From Clostridia bacterium (GTDB lineage: Bacteria; Bacillota; Clostridia; Oscillospirales; CAG-272): a stretch of DNA of 46,623 bases. Shown piece by piece: positions 35,701 through 43,204 of the stretch. The notes under the pieces were generated by a model. That model did not search any database and was not told where the DNA came from. It saw only the letters and a list, made by a program, of their open reading frames with translations. The stretch spans positions 1 to 46,623 of the forward strand of contig JAFVTO010000153.1 in the NCBI GenBank assembly GCA_017503165.1, written 5' to 3'. Every line of letters begins with the position of its first letter. Within the stretch, counting starts at the first letter, position 1. The position numbers and the translations under genes are program-made.

Positions 35701-35844
35701 GCTTGCAAGAATTGGCGAAAGCGGAGACGTTAATGCGCTCTTCCACTGAGCTACAGAGAGAAGATCTGAGCTTCTCTTGGTCGGACTCGAACCGACGACC
35801 TCACGATTAGAAATCGAAGTAGCCGCATTCTACACTGTGCAAGC
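35701..35844 (-). ncRNA. YrlA-like Y RNA, unit D (near-identical paralogue of unit A)
   Basis: Same modules as unit A, with 3 substitutions in 144 nt. Confidence 0.75.
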
Positions 35845-35864
35845 TTTTTGCTTTTTACATTCTC

Positions 35865-35893
35865 ATTATAGCACGGTTTTTTCGGTTTATCAC
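35865..35893 (-). promoter_or_regulatory. Promoter of Y RNA unit D
   Basis: Same GTGATA-17 nt-TGCTATAAT cassette. Confidence 0.6.
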
Positions 35894-35969
35894 GGAAAAA
35901 ACGTTGCGAAATGAGTTTTTTTCTGCTTTGATGCAGACCTTTAAGCTTCCGGATGCTTCATTTGGGTTA

Positions 35970-36608
35970 TCACTTAGTCTCTACCGTGAAAAAAAACGGC
36001 GAGGTTGGAGAATTTACTATTTTGAAGCAACCCACGCAGATTCTTTTTCTGTCTAGAGTTGCAAAATACTCGGTCAGCATTTCGCCCTCCAATCTTCCCT
36101 CCTCATGCCCGGGGTAAACAGCGATCAGAAGCCCTCCTCCCGGCTCAAGCAGAGAAATAGCCGCCTTTACCGCCTGCATGGTGGTCGGTCGGAGTGTCGT
36201 CACCTGCTTGTTCATGCCTCCCGGAAGATAGCCGAGATTAAACACACCTGCGCATATTTCTTCCTTAATATAAGAAAGCGCGTTGGAATGAGAGTCGCAG
36301 ATCAACGTACAGTTGTCGAGGCAGCCCTCCTTTTCCAGCGTTTGAGCGGTGGATACCAGCGCCCTGGGCTGTATGTCAAAGGCAAACACTCTCCCCTCAG
36401 CTCCTACCTCCTTGGAGAGAAACGCCGTATCGTGTCCGTTGCCCATAGTGAAATCCACTGCTGTTCCGCCAACTCTGAGATGTTTTTTCAAAAAAGCCTT
36501 TTCAAGCTCCATCAGATCAAGCATTTTTTGTTTCACTGCGCTTCCCTCGGCGCTCCTGATTTTGCCGAGGATAGCTGCATCCTCCGTTTTTTGTTTTTGC
36601 TCGCCCAA
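35970..36608 (-). CDS. mnmM: YtqB/MnmM-like class I SAM-dependent tRNA (mnm5s2U34) methyltransferase
   Basis: VDFTMGNGHDTAFL...GRVFAFDIQ...AGVFNLGYLPGG...LIAVYPGHEEG matches my recollection of B. subtilis YtqB. The real start is probably internal (GTG 36536 or ATG 36524). Confidence 0.7.
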   Translation of the reverse strand: MGEQKQKTEDAAILGKIRSAEGSAVKQKMLDLMELEKAFLKKHLRVGGTAVDFTMGNGHDTAFLSKEVGAEGRVFAFDIQPRALVSTAQTLEKEGCLDNCTLICDSHSNALSYIKEEICAGVFNLGYLPGGMNKQVTTLRPTTMQAVKAAISLLEPGGGLLIAVYPGHEEGRLEGEMLTEYFATLDRKRICVGCFKIVNSPTSPFFFTVETK

Positions 36609-36946
36609 TCACACCGGGCGCCGTTCGGTGATTTTCGGTGACATAGCTTTTTAATTTACCGCTGTCACATATCCGTCTGCTTTTTTGCAACACGTGTCAC
36701 GATAGGATTATACTATAATTCGCTCCGTATGTCAAGACTTGTCGGCGGATTTCCGATCCGAAGACGGTAAGTCGGGCTGAAAATTTAAAATGGGCTGTCA
36801 CCGAGGATGACAAAGCCTTTTAAAAAAATAAGCTACGTATACCAAAATCCAAGATAAAAAACTCTATCTTATCCACAATTCTTCGCGGAAAAATACCGGA
36901 TAATGACTGAATTAACCGCCAAAATAAGAAAAAAAGGGAAAAAGAC

Positions 36947-36975
36947 TTGACTTTACGGCTCAAAAGTGGTACAAT
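36947..36975 (+). promoter_or_regulatory. Promoter of the CapD-like gene
   Basis: TTGACT, 17-nt spacer, extended -10 TGGTACAAT. Confidence 0.65.
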
Positions 36976-37063
36976 CACTATGCGCTATTTTATATGATCT
37001 TTTCAAGGATTAACGATATTACGACACTTAAACATTCAACTACGAAGGACGGTTTTAAAAAAA

Positions 37064-38983
37064 ATGAGTAACAAGATACCAAGTAAAGCTACGCTTAAAC
37101 GAGCCGCTTTCCTTGCCGCCGACGTGGTCTCCGTAATAATCGCTCTTATCGGCTCTGTGTTGATAATCACAGACCTTAAGATAGGCGGATCGGCGTTCTC
37201 CAAATTTTTCCCCGGAGCATTCGCCTCGCTGATATTTGATATTATCTTTACGGTGGCTATTTTCTGCCTGTTCAGGTTATACAGCAGCGTATGGCATTTT
37301 GCATCAGTTGTCGAAATGGTGAACATACTGGTAAGCTGTGGCGCGGTCACACTGCTTTCGCTGCTTTTGGACGTTTTCCTGGATGCTATAGGCGGTGAAA
37401 GAAGGCACGTTATCAACGTGGGATACTATTTTGTATTCTTCTTTCTTCTTGCTGCGTGCGTAGCTGCGACGAGATTTTTCTTCCGCGCAGTTAAGGCATT
37501 GCAGAGCGCGTTAGGTAGCAAAAGCGATAAGGGCGCAAGAGTAATGATAGTCGGAGCGGGCTCCGCCTGCGCGCTTGCTATGGCAGAGCTGAGGAACAGC
37601 GGAATGATCAAGAACCAAAGAGTGGTCTGTCTGATAGATGACAACCCCGAAAAGCACAGCAAGCGCATGAACGGAGTGCCTGTGGTAGGCTCCCGTCTTG
37701 ATATCCCTGATGCTGTGATAAAGTACGGTATTACCAATATACTGATCGCTATTCCCTCCGCGCCGAAGCCCGAGATTCAGAAGATCTGCCAGATCTGCAG
37801 CAAAACAAAATGCAAGCTGCACATACTTCCCGGTCTATACCAGTTCATCAACGGAGAGCTCCAGGTGGGAAAAATGCGGGACGTTGACATAAACGACCTG
37901 CTGGGAAGAGATCCCATCGTCACCGACATAAAAAGCATTATGGATTACGTAGGCAACCGCACCGTAATGGTGACCGGCGGCGGCGGCTCAATAGGCTCAG
38001 AGCTTTGCCGTCAGCTGGCTGAAAGAAACCCCAAGCAGCTCATTATCGTGGATATTTACGAAAACAATGCTTACGACATACAGCAGGAGCTTCGCCGTAA
38101 ATTTCCCCATCTGAATTTAGAGGTACTTATCGCATCTGTCCGGAACCAGCTGAGAATAGAAGCTATCTTCGAGCACTACCGTCCCGACATAGTCTACCAC
38201 GCGGCGGCTCACAAGCACGTTCCGCTTATGGAGGATAGCCCCAACGAGGCGGTAAAGAACAACGTATTCGGAACGCTGAATGTGGTCCGCGCCGCAGATA
38301 AATACGGTGTAAAGCGCTTTGTTATGATCTCCACGGACAAGGCGGTAAACCCCACCAACGTTATGGGTGCGACCAAGCGTATCTGCGAAATGATAATCCA
38401 GACCTACAACAAACGCTCCGAAACGGAGTTTGTAGCGGTCAGATTCGGAAACGTGCTTGGCTCAAACGGCTCGGTAATTCCCCTGTTTAAGCGTCAGATA
38501 GCCGCAGGCGGTCCGGTAACCGTTACCCATCCCGATATAATAAGATATTTCATGACTATTCCCGAGGCGGTCTCCCTGGTGCTCCAGGCAGGAGCCTATG
38601 CCAAGGGCGGCGAGATATTTGTTCTTGACATGGGAGAGCCTGTAAGAATAGCCGATCTTGCGACCAATCTTATCAGACTTTCCGGATACACCCCCGGCGA
38701 GGATATTCAGGTGGTCTACACCGGTCTTCGCGACGGAGAAAAGCTTTATGAGGAGCTTCTGATGGATGAGGAAGGGCTCCAGGATACCGAAAACAAGCTT
38801 ATCCATATAGGTAAGCCTATCAGAATAGACGAGGAGAAATTCCTTTCCGATCTGGAAAGGCTGGGCGAGCTGGCTCAGAGCGAGCCCGAGAATGTCAGAC
38901 GTCTGATCTCCGATATGGTTCCTACCTACAAGGGTGACATTGATAAGACCAATCTGGGAGCAGGCGGAAAGGTAACTCTCTGA
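37064..38983 (+). CDS. Membrane-anchored nucleotide-sugar 4,6-dehydratase/epimerase (CapD/PglF/WbpM family)
   Basis: N-terminal TM helices, Rossmann motifs VMIVGAGSA and VTGGGGSIGSEL, and the catalytic region YHAAAHKHVP...STDKAVNPTNVMGATKR. Confidence 0.9.
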   Translation: MSNKIPSKATLKRAAFLAADVVSVIIALIGSVLIITDLKIGGSAFSKFFPGAFASLIFDIIFTVAIFCLFRLYSSVWHFASVVEMVNILVSCGAVTLLSLLLDVFLDAIGGERRHVINVGYYFVFFFLLAACVAATRFFFRAVKALQSALGSKSDKGARVMIVGAGSACALAMAELRNSGMIKNQRVVCLIDDNPEKHSKRMNGVPVVGSRLDIPDAVIKYGITNILIAIPSAPKPEIQKICQICSKTKCKLHILPGLYQFINGELQVGKMRDVDINDLLGRDPIVTDIKSIMDYVGNRTVMVTGGGGSIGSELCRQLAERNPKQLIIVDIYENNAYDIQQELRRKFPHLNLEVLIASVRNQLRIEAIFEHYRPDIVYHAAAHKHVPLMEDSPNEAVKNNVFGTLNVVRAADKYGVKRFVMISTDKAVNPTNVMGATKRICEMIIQTYNKRSETEFVAVRFGNVLGSNGSVIPLFKRQIAAGGPVTVTHPDIIRYFMTIPEAVSLVLQAGAYAKGGEIFVLDMGEPVRIADLATNLIRLSGYTPGEDIQVVYTGLRDGEKLYEELLMDEEGLQDTENKLIHIGKPIRIDEEKFLSDLERLGELAQSEPENVRRLISDMVPTYKGDIDKTNLGAGGKVTL

Positions 38984-39083
38984 CGGCTTTCCGCAAAACA
39001 TCACCTCGCCTCTCCCCCGTAACGGCAGCGTGCGCTCCGCAAGGGGCGGGCAAGCGCGGGGAATAATAGCCGCATACAGAAAA

Positions 39084-39128
39084 GAGCTGCTTCAAAACCG
39101 CGAAAAACGTTTTGAAACGGCTCTTTTT
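39084..39128. terminator. Bidirectional rho-independent terminator
   Basis: 15-nt stem GAGCTGCTTCAAAAC/GTTTTGAAACGGCTC (one mismatch, one G-U), A-run before and TTTTT after. Confidence 0.75.
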
Positions 39129-39157
39129 CAAAGGAATCCGGCGGCAAGGCGAACCGC

Positions 39158-39874
39158 TCAGCCGTCTCCACCCAGTCCGGAAATAAAGAGAAATGCCAGG
39201 AGCAGGATTATATCGTCGTCCGCGTGATCGTTCAGAAGCAACAGCATCAGTCCTCCGAGAAGTACGTCCTCCTCGCTGAGCAGATGTTCCCGCTGACCTC
39301 CGTAGCGATGCCTTTCGCGCAAACGTCTTGGTGGATATCGGAGCTCCTCGCGGCGTTCTTCAAGCCTCGGCGCGGCGCTTTCTTCACAGTAGCCTTCCTT
39401 TTTTTCTCCGTTGGTATCCTTTTTCCCGCTGATGTTATCACCGATTTCTCCCGGTGCTTCTCTGTTTTCCCGTTCTGCTTTTGCTTTATCCGAGTGGGGA
39501 ATATCCGGGAAAACCGCGGCCGGAGTCGGGCGTTTTCTTCGCTTGAGAGGCTGTGGCGGTATTCCGTGCTCTCCGAATTTTGTCGGAGCGGCAGCTTCGC
39601 CCGCGTCAGCCGTATTCTCCGAGGGAGCTGCGTTATCCTTCCGAGCCTCCGCCCCTTCCGCGCTCGCGGACATGTCCTTGACTGCGCCTTCTCCCCCTGA
39701 GTCCTCTGAGAGAGAGGCTGTATTTTTGTCGCTTACGGCGCTGTCTATCTCCTCGACTATGTCCTTATCCGCGTCGTTCAGCGTCCCCGTTTCCTCTGAG
39801 GCAACGGTTCTCAGGTGCGCCGTTTCCCCACGCACGGAGGTTCGCGGAGGCACACCGTAGTTTCTTACGTACAT
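39158..39874 (-). CDS. Hypothetical low-complexity acidic protein with a hydrophobic C-terminal tail
   Basis: The ORF is third in a same-strand trio. The probable start is ATG 39874 (MYVRNYG) behind a GGAAAAGG RBS. The C-terminus is LLGGLMLLLLNDHADDDIILLLAFLFISGL. Confidence 0.5.
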   Translation of the reverse strand: MYVRNYGVPPRTSVRGETAHLRTVASEETGTLNDADKDIVEEIDSAVSDKNTASLSEDSGGEGAVKDMSASAEGAEARKDNAAPSENTADAGEAAAPTKFGEHGIPPQPLKRRKRPTPAAVFPDIPHSDKAKAERENREAPGEIGDNISGKKDTNGEKKEGYCEESAAPRLEERREELRYPPRRLRERHRYGGQREHLLSEEDVLLGGLMLLLLNDHADDDIILLLAFLFISGLGGDG

Positions 39875-39935
39875 ACGCCTTTTCCTTTCTGATAATATTA
39901 ATTCATACGTCAAACACCGAAATCATCCGCACCTT

Positions 39936-40580
39936 TCAATTACCAAAGGAATTGAGAAGTCCGCTGAGCTGACCGAGCTCCGCTATTTTAAGCAGCTTTA
40001 GCATCAGCTCCAGCTTTCCCCGTCTTTCCTCGCCCAGATACGGGCGAAGGGCATTGAGAAGTCTTATCCGATTTTCAGATTCCGTCTTTCCGCCCAACAG
40101 CTTTCTGAGCGGGTTATCCGAGCCTTCCCGCTCGCCGCGCTCAGAAGTAATATCCCCGGGAGTTATCGCATTATTTCCGCTTTTCTGCCCATTCTGCGAT
40201 GCGGATGATAGCAGTCCTCCAAGTAAAGACAGAAGCTCGGGATTTGCTCCGACTCCACCGCCTGCGCCACCTCCACCGCCTGCTCCGACTCCACTGCTTG
40301 CTCCGACTCCACTGCTTGCTCCGACTCCACTGCTTGCTCCGACTCCACTGCCCATAAAGGAGCGGTCCTCGGAGTATCTTGCATGCTCGCTTCCCCCCAC
40401 AGCAGAAGCGTAGGAGCCGTTTGGGGACGTACTGACTGACAACGGGTGGGATGGTTGATCAGCATCCGACTGTCGAGGCGCGACGCGATTTCCGTTGATA
40501 ATACTGCCGAGCAGCTCCATCAGAGCTCCGTCGCCGCTTATTCCCGATAAAAGCCTCGCTATGTCTATTGAATTTTCCAT
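39936..40580 (-). CDS. Hypothetical protein with a GVGASS tandem repeat
   Basis: ORF with a conserved-looking helical C-terminus RIRLLNALRPYLGEERRGKLELMLKLLKIAEL. The central Gly/Ala/Ser repeat is encoded by an 18-bp tandem repeat. Confidence 0.55.
   Translation of the reverse strand: MENSIDIARLLSGISGDGALMELLGSIINGNRVAPRQSDADQPSHPLSVSTSPNGSYASAVGGSEHARYSEDRSFMGSGVGASSGVGASSGVGASSGVGAGGGGGAGGGVGANPELLSLLGGLLSSASQNGQKSGNNAITPGDITSERGEREGSDNPLRKLLGGKTESENRIRLLNALRPYLGEERRGKLELMLKLLKIAELGQLSGLLNSFGN
40282..40353. repeat. 18-bp tandem repeat x4 inside the hypothetical gene
   Basis: Plus-strand unit GCTCCGACTCCACTGCTT repeated from 40282, with a variant fourth copy. Confidence 0.85.
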
Positions 40581-40615
40581 TTGGTAGCTTCCTTTCGTTC
40601 ACGGGGCGTCAGAAA

Positions 40616-40861
40616 TCACTTTAACCCCATTTTCTTTATTGCCTCCGAGCCCTTACCGCCTCCAATCGCGGCAAGAAGCTGTAGAAAGCGACGGTCATCC
40701 AACCCTGAGATCTGCCGTCGCAGCCCGGGAATGTCAGCGCATATTGCCTCTGCCGAAGCTTTATCCATACCGGACGCCGCGGCAACGGTAAGTATAATAC
40801 CCTGAAGCTCCGAGTCGCTTGCCCGATCAAGTCTTTTTTTCAGCTCCTTAGGATCAAACAT
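40616..40861 (-). CDS. Hypothetical 81-aa protein, first gene of the trio
   Basis: The ORF lies 35 nt upstream of the next gene on the same strand. No recognisable motif. Confidence 0.5.
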   Translation of the reverse strand: MFDPKELKKRLDRASDSELQGIILTVAAASGMDKASAEAICADIPGLRRQISGLDDRRFLQLLAAIGGGKGSEAIKKMGLK

Positions 40862-40988
40862 AGGTGTTTCGTTCCTTTCTTCAAAAATTGTTTCGTTATA
40901 TAATATGCGTAATCCCGCCGAGGGTTCGTTTTTTGCCCCAAGCCGTACAAATTCTGATAAACTTTATATTGAAAGGGAAATATAAGCA

Positions 40989-41519
40989 ATGACCAAAATA
41001 GTTGTATTTTCAGACTCCCACGGTGAGCACACTGATATGAAATATATTCTTGACCGTGTTCACGGTGACGCGGATTACGTTCTGCATCTCGGTGACGGAG
41101 CCGCCGACGTTGAGCGACTCAGCGCAAACTACCCGCGCATCGGCTTTGTAAATGTTCGGGGAAATTGCGATTGGGGCTTTGGCAGTAACGTGGCGGATAT
41201 TCAGCGCACCCTGGACATCGACGGAGTACGGATATTTATGTGCCACGGTCACAAGCATGATGTGGTATGCGGAGACATGACTGTTCTTGCCGCGTCCGCA
41301 AGGGCAAACAATGCGGATATAGCCCTCTTCGGTCATACGCATTATTCGGAGATCCTGGGAGTGAAAAGATCAGATAGCGAAGAGGACGGCGAGATCCGGA
41401 TAATGAATCCCGGAAGCATTACCAGACCGCGGGGCGGCGCTATCAAGGGAAAGAGCTATGGGCTGATAATTATTGACGAAAAGGGCGACTTTCAGGTCTC
41501 TCTTTGTGCTTTTGATTAA
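40989..41519 (+). CDS. YfcE/MJ0936-family metallophosphoesterase
   Basis: IVVFSDSHGE, HLGDG, RGNCD, CHGH and FGHTH motifs. Confidence 0.85.
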   Translation: MTKIVVFSDSHGEHTDMKYILDRVHGDADYVLHLGDGAADVERLSANYPRIGFVNVRGNCDWGFGSNVADIQRTLDIDGVRIFMCHGHKHDVVCGDMTVLAASARANNADIALFGHTHYSEILGVKRSDSEEDGEIRIMNPGSITRPRGGAIKGKSYGLIIIDEKGDFQVSLCAFD

Positions 41520-41628
41520 AAGAGGTATAGCGTAAGAGCTACTGCTTGGGAAAAAAACAAACTGCAGATACTTTCAGTTGCTCTTTGCGCCTTTCGACGC
41601 GCAGAGCCGAACAAAGGAAGGGATTTAT

Positions 41629-42129
41629 ATGAACACATACAAGCCGGAAAAAAACAATTCTCTTGCTATCGCGCTGTGTATTGCCTGCATGGCTTGCGCC
41701 TTTTCGCTGTTTATCTTGGGAGGGCTCGGCATAGGCTGGCGTCTCGGTCAGCATCTGGCGGCACTGATACTTCTGGTCATCTCTATAGAGATCACAACCG
41801 GGTTTATCCTTACCAATTACGTCTATGAGATCTCCACGGAGTACGGCTCTGCCGATCTGATAGTTACCAAAATCGGCGGAAGCAGGAGCATGGCTGTCTG
41901 CAATATCGGCGCTGATTCGGTAGTCACCGTTGAAAGAGCCGGTAAATTGCGGGAATTTGAGCAAAGATACGGAAAAATGGACACCAGGTACAACTATATA
42001 TCCAATCTTCGTCCGCAGACCGTGATCTGGATACATTTTATCCATAACGAAAAAAAGGTTTTGGTCGCCATAGAGGGAAACGAGCAATTCCTTGCTCAGC
42101 TGCTTCATTATTTTCCCCATGCCCAATAA
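41629..42129 (+). CDS. Hypothetical two-TM membrane protein (paralogue of 12126-12710)
   Basis: AAGGAAGGG RBS before ATG 41629, two TM helices, then the YVYEISTEYGSADLIVTKIGG domain. Confidence 0.5.
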   Translation: MNTYKPEKNNSLAIALCIACMACAFSLFILGGLGIGWRLGQHLAALILLVISIEITTGFILTNYVYEISTEYGSADLIVTKIGGSRSMAVCNIGADSVVTVERAGKLREFEQRYGKMDTRYNYISNLRPQTVIWIHFIHNEKKVLVAIEGNEQFLAQLLHYFPHAQ

Positions 42130-42170
42130 AACCGTTGAATACATTTATGCCCTTTACGAAAGGAGAGCTG

Positions 42171-43181
42171 ATGCGAATGAAAACTTATTCTCATTCCGAT
42201 TATCCCATAAGGATATTCGGGCTTGCCGAATACAGTCGCCACGGCGTGCTTCGTCGCTTGCCCGACATTGTGCTTAAGGCTGTTCCTAAGCTGGATTTTT
42301 TAGGTAGACGCCCCCCCGGCGCCAGACTTTGCTTCAGAACCGATGCCGCAGAGTTCACCCTGCGGATAGTGTTTAAAACGTTGTCGGTCGATATCGGAAT
42401 GTCGCTTTATAACTGTCAGTCGGCATTTGTTTTTGCAGGTGAACGGGTTAATTCGAGATTTCTCGGGCTTGCTCACCCGACCGGCTATAACGACAAAGAT
42501 TTCAGTTCGACCTTCCGCAAGGGAGCGGGCATGGAGGACGTTACGGTATGGCTTCCGAGAAATGAAATACTGGAAAAAATAGAGATAACGGTTGATGACG
42601 GCGCCACCGTCTGCCCACCAACACCCTACCGATACCCCAAGCCGATAGCATACTACGGCTCTTCCATAACCGAGGGCGGGTGCTCCTGCAACGTAAATAA
42701 CGGCTATAATGCTATCATATCGCGGCACCTGGACGTGGATTATTACAATTTCGGATTTTCCGGGAGCGCAAAGGGAGAGCTTGCAGTGGCTGACTACATA
42801 AGCAGTCTGGAAATGAGCATCTTCGTGTACGATTACGATCACAACGCCCCCAATCCCGAACACCTGAAAAAAACTCACGAGCCCTTTTTTCTCCGCATAA
42901 GGGAGGCTCATCCCGAGCTGCCCGTAATAATGATGACTCGTCCTGCCGTTAAGTACGGCGCCGACGAAAAAAAGCGACGCGAGATAGTACGCGAAACCTA
43001 CGAAAACGCGGTAAAACGAGGGGATAAGAATGTATACTTCATAGATGGCGAGACCTTCTACGGCGAGGTCGACCGAGAGCTCTGCACCGTCGACGGCATC
43101 CATCCCAACGACCTGGGCTTTTACCGAATGGCAATGACAGTAGAGCCGCTTATAAAAAAGCTGCTTGAAGCGACAGAATAA
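42171..43181 (+). CDS. SGNH/GDSL-family hydrolase
   Basis: Block I YYGSSITEG and block V-like DGIHPND. AAGGAG RBS before ATG 42171. Confidence 0.75.
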   Translation: MRMKTYSHSDYPIRIFGLAEYSRHGVLRRLPDIVLKAVPKLDFLGRRPPGARLCFRTDAAEFTLRIVFKTLSVDIGMSLYNCQSAFVFAGERVNSRFLGLAHPTGYNDKDFSSTFRKGAGMEDVTVWLPRNEILEKIEITVDDGATVCPPTPYRYPKPIAYYGSSITEGGCSCNVNNGYNAIISRHLDVDYYNFGFSGSAKGELAVADYISSLEMSIFVYDYDHNAPNPEHLKKTHEPFFLRIREAHPELPVIMMTRPAVKYGADEKKRREIVRETYENAVKRGDKNVYFIDGETFYGEVDRELCTVDGIHPNDLGFYRMAMTVEPLIKKLLEATE

Positions 43182-43204
43182 ACAAAGGATCGGATGATAT
43201 ACAG

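Noticed and set aside
34963-35708. ORF-track entries across the rsr-upstream gap (34963-35445, 35182-35442, 35387-35590, 35396-35584, 35475-35708) as protein genes
   Set aside because: They overlap each other on both strands, lack RBS signals and run through the repeated tRNA-like units and their promoter cassettes. The repeated peptide strings simply mirror the RNA repeats.
34913-35844. Genuine tRNA genes or tRNA pseudogenes (T-arm GGTTCGAGTCC and D-arm TAGCTCAGTTGGTAGAGC are present)
   Set aside because: The order is T-arm, then a closed acceptor-like hairpin, then the D-arm. There is no free acceptor end or CCA context and no standard anticodon arm between the D- and T-arms. The permuted layout plus the adjacent Ro60 gene fits Y RNAs better.
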